IMG/VR virus record: IMGVR_UViG_3300042465_002016 | Span: 1-56,377 of that record | Source: a virus | Lineage: Duplodnaviria; Caudoviricetes | Strand: one strand, 5' to 3' | Length of the DNA stretch: 56,377 nt | The notes under the pieces: generated by a model | Told to the model about the DNA's origin: nothing | Seen by the model: the letters and a program-made list of their open reading frames with translations, nothing else | The model's database searches: none | Made by a program: the position numbers and the translations under genes | Shown: positions 11,318-21,308 of the stretch, piece by piece | Layout of the letters: each line of letters opens with the position of its first letter | How positions within the stretch are numbered: the first letter of the stretch is position 1

Positions 11318-11997
11318 TATGGTTGCCTATCTCCTGTGTGTTTTGTAATCTCCCAAAAAAATGGGCAAGTAAATCTTAAACCACTTTTAATCTCAGTTAC
11401 TCCATGAATATAATTTTTATCTCCTGGGAAAAAATAAGCAGCACCCTTTTTAGGTTTAAACTGTATACCTTGTAGTGGGAAGTATAACTCTCCACCTTCG
11501 TAGTCGTCATTTAAATAAAACAAACTAGAAAGATCATAGTTAGGAAAATCATTTGGAGTTCCAGCATCTGGTCCTTCGTGAAGCTCTTTGTCTGCATGAG
11601 GATTTTGAAATTGTCCTGGAAGCCATTTAACAATAGTGGTTCCAGTAGGGATAACTTCTACTTTATAAAATTCTTCAATTATTGGTCTTAGCCTTTGAAA
11701 TAGTCCAGCAATGACTGGTGAGATATTGGGATCATTTTTGTCTAAAGTTGGTTGAGTTGCCACTCTATCTTTCCAGTAATCTGAGTCATAAGTAACAGTT
11801 CCATTTTCATTTGTATGGCTTTGAGTTATGTCCCAAATTGTTAAAGATTTAGCAGACTTTTCTAAAAACTCTATCTCTTCTTTAGTCATAAAGTTTTCTA
11901 GCTCAACAATCATATCTTTGCTATCTCCAAACCAGCCAGACGGAGTTATAGAAGGTAGTCTTTTTACTACTGTATATGATTGATTATTTTGTTCCAT
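11317..11997 (-). CDS. 2OG-Fe(II) oxygenase, prolyl-4-hydroxylase-like
   Basis: HAD...YLNDDYEGGEL...HGV...RF; start moved to ATG 11997, 6 nt after TGGTATAAT (leaderless). Confidence 0.88.
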   Translation of the reverse strand: MEQNNQSYTVVKRLPSITPSGWFGDSKDMIVELENFMTKEEIEFLEKSAKSLTIWDITQSHTNENGTVTYDSDYWKDRVATQPTLDKNDPNISPVIAGLFQRLRPIIEEFYKVEVIPTGTTIVKWLPGQFQNPHADKELHEGPDAGTPNDFPNYDLSSLFYLNDDYEGGELYFPLQGIQFKPKKGAAYFFPGDKNYIHGVTEIKSGLRFTCPFFWEITKHTGDRQP

Positions 11998-12016
11998 ATT
12001 TTTATTATACCATTTT

Positions 12017-12742
12017 CTATTCGTATGACCTTCTAGTCCAAACTTTTTTTCGATAGACTCCTCCATCTGGGATACGATATTTTTTACTATTTTCTATATT
12101 GTTATGAGTTATTTCTATTTCTGTGGGAATACTAATTTCAGATTTCCAGTCTTCCCTTAAAAATGGCAAAAGCTGAGCATACGGAGTTCCTGCTGGGATA
12201 ATTCCAGTCCAATCTTTTTGTATAAAAAATGGCATTAATCCAGGAAGGTTAACTTTATCGTTATCAACAATTCCAGAAACTGTCATAAATGGCAAATCAT
12301 AACGATTGAATGGAGATACATACAAAACACTATATCCATCTGGAACTTTAACTCCCCACTCAGGCCACCAAGCAAAGTGAGTTTTTTGGTATCCTTCAGG
12401 GTTGTGAAAGTCTTGCATTGGAGGCCTAGTTGTAACAAAATTTAAATATGCTTTATCTTCAACTCTTGCATCAATAGTTCCATCTTCAGTTATAAAAAAT
12501 TCTACATCGCATGGAGTTACCAAACTATACCCAGTAGTTAAAATATCAAGTACCGAAGGACAGGCTTTCCAGGTAGGAGTTTTTCCAAAACCTGGAGTCT
12601 CATGATACTCACCATTTCCCATCTTAAAAAATCTATCAGCTTCGCTATACCATCTAGGAATTAATTTTGATGTTGATAAAGGTTTTAATTCACTATCTTT
12701 TGTAAGCCAATTTTTATTAGCTATAAATTCAATTATTTTCAT
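12017..12742 (-). CDS. Conserved protein of oxygenase cluster (DUF6065-like)
   Basis: KACP...GYSL...GIVD...AGTPYAQLLPF; resembles the adjacent ORF (CHP...GW...AGTPLATIIP). Confidence 0.55.
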   Translation of the reverse strand: MKIIEFIANKNWLTKDSELKPLSTSKLIPRWYSEADRFFKMGNGEYHETPGFGKTPTWKACPSVLDILTTGYSLVTPCDVEFFITEDGTIDARVEDKAYLNFVTTRPPMQDFHNPEGYQKTHFAWWPEWGVKVPDGYSVLYVSPFNRYDLPFMTVSGIVDNDKVNLPGLMPFFIQKDWTGIIPAGTPYAQLLPFLREDWKSEISIPTEIEITHNNIENSKKYRIPDGGVYRKKVWTRRSYE

Positions 12743-13451
12743 TCATGCTCCTTGTATTATCAATGACACTAAGTTTTAAATTTTTAACCTCGTGTGATCC
12801 AACTGACTCACCTTTTTCATTTACAGCATTTCTATACCAATCGGTCCATTCACCAGATTTATTAATTTCTTGTGCTGCAGTACCATATGCCGTTAATGAT
12901 TCTCCATATTCTTGCGTATAAATAAAATCAACTATTTCAATTGATTCATCTTGTAAAGAAGTTAATGATATAGGAATTATTGTTGCTAATGGAGTTCCTG
13001 CTTTAATAGTAATTTCTTTGTTTGGAGTTTTACATTTAATTGCTAATGGAAAGTCTGTATTTAAAAAAGATGTTGATATTAAAGAAGAAACAACTTCTAT
13101 ATCTGTATTAAAATAATTTTGAGGATTTATGGCAATGACGCTTGTTGTTTCATTTGTTCTTAAAATAAAACCCGTATTAAAACTAACGGTAGATTGTCCT
13201 CTTCCAGTGTATGCATAATTATTGCCTTCTAAAATTGTTACATTATTACTGCTTGTATCGTTGATACCGTTCCAAATAAAATTTATATCTACTGGGCATG
13301 ATATACTCCAACCAACAACATTAGCAGAAGTTACTGGATGACACCTATAGGCATGGCCTTGTGGAGTTTCATCCATCCAATCTCTTTTAATAGACATAGG
13401 GCTTATTGTAAATGCTAAAGGCGTTTTCTTATAACAAGTAATTATTGACAT
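12729..13451 (-). CDS. DUF6065-like protein
   Basis: RDWMDET..HAYRCHP..AN..GW...TGFILRT..P.N motif recalled for DUF6065. Confidence 0.7.
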   Translation of the reverse strand: MSIITCYKKTPLAFTISPMSIKRDWMDETPQGHAYRCHPVTSANVVGWSISCPVDINFIWNGINDTSSNNVTILEGNNYAYTGRGQSTVSFNTGFILRTNETTSVIAINPQNYFNTDIEVVSSLISTSFLNTDFPLAIKCKTPNKEITIKAGTPLATIIPISLTSLQDESIEIVDFIYTQEYGESLTAYGTAAQEINKSGEWTDWYRNAVNEKGESVGSHEVKNLKLSVIDNTRSMNENN

Positions 13452-14125
13452 TATGACCCAGTTTCTTGATACATTTCTGGGGTATGGAATTTACTGCTAT
13501 AGTCAAGCATTGTTACTAATGAATACTTAGTCCCAGAATGAACCACTTTTGCTTTATGAGGATACATAAAATTAGATGGGAATAATACAACATCTCCAGC
13601 TTTTGGAGTATAGGTAATTCCTTGCAGCCTAAAAAATAACTCTCCGCCTTCAAAATTATCATTAATATAGGCAACTAAAGAAACAGTACAATTATATGAG
13701 AACCCATGATCATGGTGCTCCATAAAGTGATGTCCTGCCTCATACTTAATAAAATTAAATGCTTCCCAGTACTTTAAATTATAAATATTAAATCTTCTAC
13801 AATAGTCTTCTACTGCTAACTTTTGTCTGTCATAGCAATCTTGCCAAATACTCTGAAGTTTAATAGAGCTTTCTGATTTATCATTTTCAATATCTGTTTT
13901 TTTAAATTTAAAATCAACACAGTCTCTATATTCTGGCATTAGTTGTTTATATCCTACATAAGCTGGCTGCCAAGCATACCCCTCAGATCCAAGAGGTTTT
14001 AGTACATTTTCTAGTCTATTAATAATATCTAGATCTGTTGGCAAAACATCATGATAAACAAATATTCCTGGAGCAATTTCTTCATAACTACTCCAAGGCT
14101 CTAATATTTTATTTTCTGTATTCAT
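13451..14125 (-). CDS. 2OG-Fe(II) oxygenase, prolyl-4-hydroxylase-like
   Basis: HHD...YINDNFEGGEL...LFPSNFMYPH...GTKY. Confidence 0.9.
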   Translation of the reverse strand: MNTENKILEPWSSYEEIAPGIFVYHDVLPTDLDIINRLENVLKPLGSEGYAWQPAYVGYKQLMPEYRDCVDFKFKKTDIENDKSESSIKLQSIWQDCYDRQKLAVEDYCRRFNIYNLKYWEAFNFIKYEAGHHFMEHHDHGFSYNCTVSLVAYINDNFEGGELFFRLQGITYTPKAGDVVLFPSNFMYPHKAKVVHSGTKYSLVTMLDYSSKFHTPEMYQETGS

Positions 14126-14138
14126 ATAATCTCCTATT

Positions 14139-14852
14139 TTAATTTCTTGTGTGGCCTAAAAGATTTATATCCGTCATAACAACAACGCAATATTTTGTTC
14201 CTGTTTTCATTGGCAAAGAGGCGTGTTCATAAATATAGTTTGAAGGAAAAATAGCTATATCACCAACTTTTGGAGTATAAACAAAATTATCTAATCTTGG
14301 AAATTTAATTTCTCCTCCTTCATAATCATCATTAATATATATTACTGCAGAAACTGTACAGTTATAAGAAGGGCCATGATCTGCATGAATATTGAAATGA
14401 GTTCCTTCACCTTCATACTTAACAAAATTAAATGCTTCATAATATGTAACATCTATGCCCCAGTAATGTGCATAATCATCTACACACATTTTTAATTTTT
14501 GATATATCTCTTCATGGAGATCAATTAGCTCGCCATTACTTTTATCTCTTGGTCCAAGATTTTCTTGCTTGTATTTAAAATCTACAGCATCTCTTGCTTT
14601 TTTAATTGGAACATCAGAGTTTGTTACTTGTGCTTCAGACCATTTATATTTACTATTGCCAGACAAGTTGTACTCAAGTGTATCAATATATCTTTGTGAA
14701 TCATCTTTAGAAAAAACATTATGATAAATGTTTAATCCTAGTCCTGGATTACTAATTGAAATATTACTTTGGGGCATTAATCTTTTAATTCTTGTTGAAA
14801 CTGTTTCAGATCTATCTTTAGTAAACCAAGTATTTTCATTTTCATTATACAT
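14139..14852 (-). CDS. 2OG-Fe(II) oxygenase, prolyl-4-hydroxylase-like
   Basis: HAD...YINDDYEGGE...IFPSNYIYEH...GTKY; close paralog of 13451-14125. Confidence 0.9.
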   Translation of the reverse strand: MYNENENTWFTKDRSETVSTRIKRLMPQSNISISNPGLGLNIYHNVFSKDDSQRYIDTLEYNLSGNSKYKWSEAQVTNSDVPIKKARDAVDFKYKQENLGPRDKSNGELIDLHEEIYQKLKMCVDDYAHYWGIDVTYYEAFNFVKYEGEGTHFNIHADHGPSYNCTVSAVIYINDDYEGGEIKFPRLDNFVYTPKVGDIAIFPSNYIYEHASLPMKTGTKYCVVVMTDINLLGHTRN

Positions 14853-14930
14853 ATTTATAATATCCCCATCTTTAAACGCTATATTTTATTATATCATAAA
14901 AAGGTTATTTAAAACAAAATATAGTGAGTG

Positions 14931-15158
14931 TTACCACTTATCAATAGGGCATTTAGCTGCTTCATAAGTTGCCTTTAATTTCATAAAGCATCCACATTCT
15001 TTACATTGTGAAGTAAGCTTAATATATTTTGGACAACCTTGACATATAGTTAATCTTTCATTAGATAATTCTTCAGAGGCTCTTCCTATGTTTGGATTAA
15101 ACACATCTAAAGGGGTAACTCCATTTTTTTCTTTATATCTTTCCCATGCGCTTTTCAT
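14931..15158 (-). CDS. Small Cys-rich metal-binding protein (DUF6171-like)
   Basis: RLTICQGC...CKECGCFM..K....AKCPIDKW; paralog of 29443-29637. Confidence 0.7.
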   Translation of the reverse strand: MKSAWERYKEKNGVTPLDVFNPNIGRASEELSNERLTICQGCPKYIKLTSQCKECGCFMKLKATYEAAKCPIDKW

Positions 15159-15206
15159 AATTAAATCCTTTTCTTTATTTTAATTATATCATAAGCTTAT
15201 TTAATT

Positions 15207-16151
15207 TTAAGGCCAGTAATATAATCCATCGCCATTACTCATGCAAGGAACATTGCTTGATTGGGTATATGTTGCACCGCTAAAGCCAGAACCTGTAGTG
15301 CAACAATAGGGGCTAGGACATCCCCCCGAATAGGCTGGACTCATTCTGCAAAATCTAGTTGAGGTATTCCAATTACAAAATGTTCCATTATATGATAAAA
15401 CTGAATTAGCAAGGCAACCTACCGAGCTGTTCCAGCTTCCACAATACCAAGTTTGTGCTACAAAGTATGGGAAGAATGGGAAAAAGGGTGGGAAAAATGG
15501 TGGAAAGAATGGGGATAACGTAGTAATAGATCCAGATGCAGCAGAAGCAATGCTTGTGCCGTTAGCGTTTGTTGCGGTAATTGTATAAGTCTGAGAAGTG
15601 CCTGCGGTATCAGCAATAGTAATTGGAGAAGTAGCACCTGTACCAGTTGTAGCGTCGCTGCCAGTTACTGTGTAAGAGCTAATTGCTTTTCCACCAGTAG
15701 CTGGTGCTGAGAAAGCAATAGAGTTTTGATTTACACCAGCTGTTGCAGTTGGGGCAGACATAGTTGCAGGAACTGTTGTTACAGTAACTGAAGAAGATGT
15801 TGTTCCTGTTGCAGTCCCTGAAGCGTTAGACGCTCTAACTAAAAATGTGTATGCTGTATTTGAGGCAAGCCCTTCAAAAGTATATGAAGCGGTTGCGCTA
15901 CCTGTTGTAACAGTATAAGTAGATGGTGTACTTGTAATAGTATAAGATGTTGCTGCTGGAGACAAAGCTGGAAGGGTCCATGCAAGGCTTGCAGCGGCTC
16001 CTGTGCCTGCTGCAGAAGCTGTTGAGGTGGTATTTGCTGTTGCCAAATAAGGACGAGACGTAGCAACATCGCTAGCAGTTAAACTTGTTACATTTAATGG
16101 CTCTAAAAAGTCATTAGAGGCTGACGAACGTTTTCCAGTCTTTTTAGCCAT
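15207..16151 (-). CDS. FN3-domain putative virion protein with PF-rich linker and Cys-rich C-terminus (copy 1)
   Basis: Two FN3-like repeats (LAWT..YTI..LASNTAYTFLVRASN), PFFPPFFPPFFPFFPYF, 8-Cys tail. Confidence 0.75.
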   Translation of the reverse strand: MAKKTGKRSSASNDFLEPLNVTSLTASDVATSRPYLATANTTSTASAAGTGAAASLAWTLPALSPAATSYTITSTPSTYTVTTGSATASYTFEGLASNTAYTFLVRASNASGTATGTTSSSVTVTTVPATMSAPTATAGVNQNSIAFSAPATGGKAISSYTVTGSDATTGTGATSPITIADTAGTSQTYTITATNANGTSIASAASGSITTLSPFFPPFFPPFFPFFPYFVAQTWYCGSWNSSVGCLANSVLSYNGTFCNWNTSTRFCRMSPAYSGGCPSPYCCTTGSGFSGATYTQSSNVPCMSNGDGLYYWP

Positions 16152-16186
16152 TTGCTTTTATTCTCCCTTTAGAGTATACAAAAATC

Positions 16187-17029
16187 CTATTGTCCATAAC
16201 ATTTTCCACTAAATTGACCACAATTATTAAGCCACCCCCACCTTTGAGTATTTTGCTGATAGGTTGTAAAACCGCACTGAGCAATTGGATATGTTAAAGT
16301 GTAATAAAATCTATCTTGATCGTTGCTTGCTACTACGCAAAAGTATGGAAAGAATGGAAAGAACGGTGGAAAGAAAGGTGGAAAGAAAGGAGATAATGTA
16401 GTAATTGAGCCAGATGCAGCAGAAGCAATAGATGCACCATTAGCATTAGTTGCTCGAACTGTATAAGTCTGTGATGTTCCTGCAGTATCAGCAATAATAA
16501 TTGGAGAAGTAGCTCCAGTGCCTGATGTACCATCGGAACCATTTACAGTATATGAACTAATTGCTTTTCCACCAGTAGCTGGTGCTGAGAAAGCAATAGA
16601 GTTTTGATTTGCTCCAGCAGTTGGAGTTGGTGCAGACATTGTGGCTGGAACTGTTGTTACTGTAACAGAACTTGAAGTTGTGCCTGTTGCAGTCCCTGCA
16701 GCATTAGATGCTCTAACTAAAAATGTATACGCTGTATTTGAAGCAAGTCCTTCAAAAGTATAAGAAGCAGTTGCGCTGCCTGTTGTTACGGTATATGTAC
16801 TTGGGGTTGTTGTAATAGTATAAGATGTTGCTGCTGGAGATAATGCTGGAAGGGTCCATGCAAGGCTTGCAGCGGCTCCTGTGCCTGCTGCTGAGGCTGT
16901 TGAGGTAGTATTTGCTGTTGCCAAATAAGGACGAGATGTGCCAACGTCTGAGGCTGTTAGGCTTGTTACATTTAATGGCTCTAAAAAGTCATTAGAGGCT
17001 GACGAACGTTTTCCAGTCTTTTTAGCCAT
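16187..17029 (-). CDS. FN3-domain putative virion protein with PF-rich linker and Cys-rich C-terminus (copy 2)
   Basis: N-terminal ~230 aa nearly identical to copy 1; unrelated 4-Cys tail. Confidence 0.75.
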   Translation of the reverse strand: MAKKTGKRSSASNDFLEPLNVTSLTASDVGTSRPYLATANTTSTASAAGTGAAASLAWTLPALSPAATSYTITTTPSTYTVTTGSATASYTFEGLASNTAYTFLVRASNAAGTATGTTSSSVTVTTVPATMSAPTPTAGANQNSIAFSAPATGGKAISSYTVNGSDGTSGTGATSPIIIADTAGTSQTYTVRATNANGASIASAASGSITTLSPFFPPFFPPFFPFFPYFCVVASNDQDRFYYTLTYPIAQCGFTTYQQNTQRWGWLNNCGQFSGKCYGQ

Positions 17030-17045
17030 TTGCTTTATCCCCTTG

Positions 17046-18980
17046 TTAAGCTGTTAGATCGCCGTAAACAACCCAAGTGTTTGTTGCTCTTTTAAAAAGA
17101 GTTGCAGTTGACCATTGTGTTCTTAATTTTAATCCTGGTGTTGAGTTTACTGTTACTCCAGCATCTCCAGCAATTGTTACTTGACCTGTTGAGGTTTGAA
17201 GAATATCAATTGAGGTTCCAACTGGGAAGGCTACTGCTGAGTTTAGTGGAATTGTAATTGTTGTTGCAGTTGCTTTTGCAACCTCAATTAATGAATCTCT
17301 TTCAGTTAATGCTGATAGTGTGTAAGAATCTGTCTTTTGAATAATTGGTGTACGAGAAGGAGTTCCTTCTTTTGTCTGTGTACCGTCTGAAAATACTACA
17401 CCAGATGAAGGTGTAACTGTTGTTGCTTCAAGAGCGCCTACTGCAAGTGCATCAAGTGAACCTTCGCCAAATGCTACTGTTGTTGATGGCTCTGTTGCTA
17501 CATCCTTAAACAACTTCCACTTAGCATCTGATACATCTCTCACAAAACCTGCGTGTTTTGCAGTACCGTCTGTGTAACCAACTACAATACCAAGATCTAC
17601 TGTATTTGCTGCATTTAAGTGAGCAAGCTGTACAAGGTTATCTTCGATTGTAATAGATGTTGAAGATGCGCTAAATGTTGTACCGTTAACTGTTAAGTTT
17701 CCGTTAACAACAACGTCATTTGTTGATGTAACTGTTCCAGTAAAAGTAGGTGCTGAGAGTGGTGCTTTTGCATCTAATTGAGTTTGAATAGCTGATGTTA
17801 CACCATCTAGGTAACCAAGTTCGGTAGCAGAGACTGTTGATGATGGGGCAATCTTTGTCCAGTCAATTGCTGCTGCTGCATTAATGTCTGCATTTGCAAT
17901 TGTGCCATCAAGAATCATTGTGCTTGTTACAGTACCAGAAGGCAATGTTACAGTGCCTGTAAAGGTGGGTGAGGCTAATGGTGCTTTAGCATCCATTTGT
18001 GTTTGAATAGCAGAAGTAACACCATCTAAGTATCCAATTTCAACATCTGATACATTAAGAACAGTTGCTTGCTTGCCATTTAGTTGTGTTTGAATAGCTG
18101 AGGTAACGCCATTGAGATATCCAATTTCTGTGTCTGAAACATCAGTAACAATTGCTTGCTTATTATTTAATTGTGTTTGAATTGCTGAAGTAACTCCGTC
18201 TACATAATTAAGTTCTTGTGTTGATAGCGATGCACCAGAAAGAATATTTAATTCTGCAGTAGTTGCTGTAACTCCATTAAGAATATTTAACTGTGCAGCA
18301 GAAGCAACTACTCCATCAAGAATATTTAATTCTGAAGTAGATGCTGTGATTCCATCAAGAACATTTAGCTCTGTAGCAGTTGCTAAAAGAACCACATCTT
18401 CATTAATTTTTGGAGAAGTTAAAGTTTTATTAGTAATAGTTTGAGTGTTATCAGATAAAACAACTGTTCCAGTAGCATCTGGAAATGTAATAATTCTATC
18501 TGCTGTTGGATCTGTAACCTTAAGGCTGGTTTCAAAATCATTTGCTGTAGTACCTTCAAATTTAATCTCATTCTGAACTTCAAGGATTGTGCTGTTAACA
18601 GTTGTAGTAGTACCACTTACTGTTAAGTCTCCTGATACTGTTACGTTACCGCTACCGTCAGCAAGAACAACTGTTCCTGTGGCATTTGGAAGTGTAATAG
18701 TGCGATCAGCAGTAGGATCAGTTACTGCAAGAGTAGTTTCATATGCATCTGATGTTGCACCTTCAAATGTAATGCTTGAACCAAAAGATGGATTTGCTGT
18801 TGAGTTAGCATCGATAAAGTAGTCAAGGTTTAGCCAGTGATTTGTACCGTCACCAATTTTAAATTTGTTTGTATCGGTTTCGTACCCGATTTCTCCTGCG
18901 TTTAGGATAGGACCGTTGCCACTGTTAGTAGAGATCCACTGTGCTGCTGTACCTCTACGCTGTTGCATTCTTGTTGCCAT
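17046..18980 (-). CDS. Tail fibre-like protein
   Basis: N-terminal MQQRRGTAAQW..LNAGEIGYETDTNKFKIGDG (Mtd/hyaluronidase-N-like anchor); repeated ElgyLDGVTSAIQTQL units. Confidence 0.75.
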   Translation of the reverse strand: MATRMQQRRGTAAQWISTNSGNGPILNAGEIGYETDTNKFKIGDGTNHWLNLDYFIDANSTANPSFGSSITFEGATSDAYETTLAVTDPTADRTITLPNATGTVVLADGSGNVTVSGDLTVSGTTTTVNSTILEVQNEIKFEGTTANDFETSLKVTDPTADRIITFPDATGTVVLSDNTQTITNKTLTSPKINEDVVLLATATELNVLDGITASTSELNILDGVVASAAQLNILNGVTATTAELNILSGASLSTQELNYVDGVTSAIQTQLNNKQAIVTDVSDTEIGYLNGVTSAIQTQLNGKQATVLNVSDVEIGYLDGVTSAIQTQMDAKAPLASPTFTGTVTLPSGTVTSTMILDGTIANADINAAAAIDWTKIAPSSTVSATELGYLDGVTSAIQTQLDAKAPLSAPTFTGTVTSTNDVVVNGNLTVNGTTFSASSTSITIEDNLVQLAHLNAANTVDLGIVVGYTDGTAKHAGFVRDVSDAKWKLFKDVATEPSTTVAFGEGSLDALAVGALEATTVTPSSGVVFSDGTQTKEGTPSRTPIIQKTDSYTLSALTERDSLIEVAKATATTITIPLNSAVAFPVGTSIDILQTSTGQVTIAGDAGVTVNSTPGLKLRTQWSTATLFKRATNTWVVYGDLTA

Positions 18981-19020
18981 ATTTATGTCCTCCCAGACCT
19001 TTTACTATTATATCAGATAA

Positions 19021-19494
19021 TTAACTAAAATTATCTAATGGACTTCCGCCGTCGTAGCTATTATTCCAGTATTCTGAATCATAAAACCCAGCAATTTCTG
19101 TAGATGTAAAGATTGAATCATAGAACCCTGCATCTTGGAATATTGAAACAATTAGTCCAGTTCCATCAATTGCAGTATCATGAATGTGTTGTCTAAGATC
19201 AGCGGTATCTGAAAATGTAGCAATCATAATCCAGTCAGCAGCATCTGTAGAGTAAATAGACAAATGTTGTGATACTGTATCAAACCATAATTGTCCGTCT
19301 ACTGGAGAAACTGGTGCAGTTGACTCAGTAGGAACAATTGGAACTGCTGCTCCTATTAAGTTATCTACATAAAGTTTTGTTACTGCATGTGTATTAAGAG
19401 TAGGAGTGGCAACTGTTACAGTTCCCCCGAAAGTACCGCCCTGGGCTACATCTAACCCATTCTTTACCTTAAAGTCTTTATTGACAGTTGCCAC
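19021..19494 (-). CDS. Virion structural/fibre-associated protein
   Basis: N-terminus MATVNKDF shared with next ORF; P.DGQLWFDT motif. Confidence 0.6.
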   Translation of the reverse strand: MATVNKDFKVKNGLDVAQGGTFGGTVTVATPTLNTHAVTKLYVDNLIGAAVPIVPTESTAPVSPVDGQLWFDTVSQHLSIYSTDAADWIMIATFSDTADLRQHIHDTAIDGTGLIVSIFQDAGFYDSIFTSTEIAGFYDSEYWNNSYDGGSPLDNFS

Positions 19495-19513
19495 TTCTAG
19501 CCTCTTTTCCTAA

Positions 19514-21295
19514 TTATGCTTCGATGTAGGTCTTGCTTACCTTAACAACAGTATCAGCTGCTGCTCCAGTAACTTGAAGAAGAACATTTCCGTTGTCATA
19601 AACAGCATCTGTTGTTCCTAGTTGAGCATTGCTGATTACATCAGCGTACTCTGTTACGTAAACGTTATTTGATCCATCTACTGCTACAAGCATTTCAATT
19701 ACTTCAATATCAGTACCCTTTTTCATTTGTACGATATATTTGGCAGCTGTATATGTTGTTGCTGAGAATGTATCAATAGTTGTTGCCGAAGTTCCAGCAG
19801 TTGCTGTTGCAGATCCTACAAGGGCATCTGGTAGAGCAATGCTTGTTGCTGCTGCTGCACCAAGAGTTGGTGTAACAAAAGTTGGGCTAGTAGTAAATGC
19901 TACTGTTCCAGAACCTGCTTCATCAGTTAATGCTGCTGCAAGGTTTGCAGATGATGGTGTTCCAAGGAATGTAGCTATGCCAGTTCCAAGACCAGAAACA
20001 TCATTTGCAATTCGTACTGTAAGTGTGTTGCTTGCACCATCAATTGTCTTATTTGTAAGAGTTTGTGTTGCAGCTGTTACTAGTGTACCGTTTAAGTAAT
20101 AGTCCTTACCAGAAGCAAGGTTAAGGTGTTCAGATGAGGTCCATGCATCAGTTGCATCTACCCATGAGAAAGTCTTGTCTGTGGCACCCTTAAGAGTAAG
20201 ACCACCACCGTCAGCACCTGCATCTGTTGGTGTTGCTACTGAGCCAAGTGTAAGGTTCTTATCATCAATTGTGATTTCTGTTGAATTAATTGTAGTTGTT
20301 GTACCATTAACTGTTAGGTCCCCTGAAAGAACCAAAGATGTACCAGTTGCTGCACCAATGTTTGGTGTTACAAGTGTTGGGGTATTAGCAAAAACAAGTG
20401 CTCCAGTACCAGTTTCATCAGAGATGATTCCAGCAAGTTCTGAAGAAGATGTTGCTGCAAGTACGTTTAACTTATCTGTTGTTACAACAAGTGTCTTTGT
20501 CTCTGGAATGGTTGTTCCATTGATAGATGTAGCAGTAGCCACACCAAGTGCTGGTGTTGTAAGTGTTGGGCTTGTAAGAGTCTTATTTGTAAGAGTCTGA
20601 GTATTTGTTGTTCCAACTACTGCGCCAGTTGCGCCGTGTGCCTCTGTTGCTCCTGTGTGAGTTGTAAGGTCTGAAGAAGCAGCCTTAGTTCCAAGTTGAG
20701 TTTGAATTGATGATGTTACGCCATCTACATAGTTAAGCTCTGTAGTTGAAAGTGTTGCACCATCAAGAATGTTAAGTTCTGTAGAAGTTGCTGACATAAC
20801 AACATCTTCATTTACCTTTGGTGATGTTAGTGTCTTGTTGGTAAGTGTCTGTGTATTAGTTGTTCCAACTACCGCACCAGTTGCTCCATGAGCTTCTGTA
20901 AGTCCTGCGTGTGTTGTAACATCTGAAGTAAGTGCTACTGTACCAGTTGCATCTGGGAATGTGATTGTGCGGTCTGCTGTTGGGTCTGTTACTGCAAGAG
21001 TTGTTTCGTAATCATCTGCTGTTGTTCCTTCAAATGTAATTGAAGAAGCAAAGACACCAACTGCTGCTGGGGCTGCCCACTCAACACCATATGTTGCACC
21101 TGATGCTGCTGTAAGTACTTGACCGTTTGTGCCAACGCCTAAACGGGCAACTGCATCATCTGCACTACCAACAATTAAATCACCCTTAGCATCAACGACG
21201 CCTGCTGTGATAATATTCTTTCCATTAACGGTCGCAGTTGATCCCTCAACTACCAGTCCCGCTTTTACTCTAAAATCTTTATTTACTGTTGCCAT
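19514..21295 (-). CDS. Tail fibre-like protein
   Basis: T/A/G-rich; repeated TQTLTNKTLTSP and HGATGAVVGTT; shares segments with 17046-18980. Confidence 0.7.
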   Translation of the reverse strand: MATVNKDFRVKAGLVVEGSTATVNGKNIITAGVVDAKGDLIVGSADDAVARLGVGTNGQVLTAASGATYGVEWAAPAAVGVFASSITFEGTTADDYETTLAVTDPTADRTITFPDATGTVALTSDVTTHAGLTEAHGATGAVVGTTNTQTLTNKTLTSPKVNEDVVMSATSTELNILDGATLSTTELNYVDGVTSSIQTQLGTKAASSDLTTHTGATEAHGATGAVVGTTNTQTLTNKTLTSPTLTTPALGVATATSINGTTIPETKTLVVTTDKLNVLAATSSSELAGIISDETGTGALVFANTPTLVTPNIGAATGTSLVLSGDLTVNGTTTTINSTEITIDDKNLTLGSVATPTDAGADGGGLTLKGATDKTFSWVDATDAWTSSEHLNLASGKDYYLNGTLVTAATQTLTNKTIDGASNTLTVRIANDVSGLGTGIATFLGTPSSANLAAALTDEAGSGTVAFTTSPTFVTPTLGAAAATSIALPDALVGSATATAGTSATTIDTFSATTYTAAKYIVQMKKGTDIEVIEMLVAVDGSNNVYVTEYADVISNAQLGTTDAVYDNGNVLLQVTGAAADTVVKVSKTYIEA

Positions 21296-21308
21296 TTTAT
21301 CTCCTTAG

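Noticed and set aside
15207-17029. Diversity-generating retroelement acting on the variable tips
   Set aside because: No reverse transcriptase in the window; the tips are non-homologous rather than adenine-specific variants.
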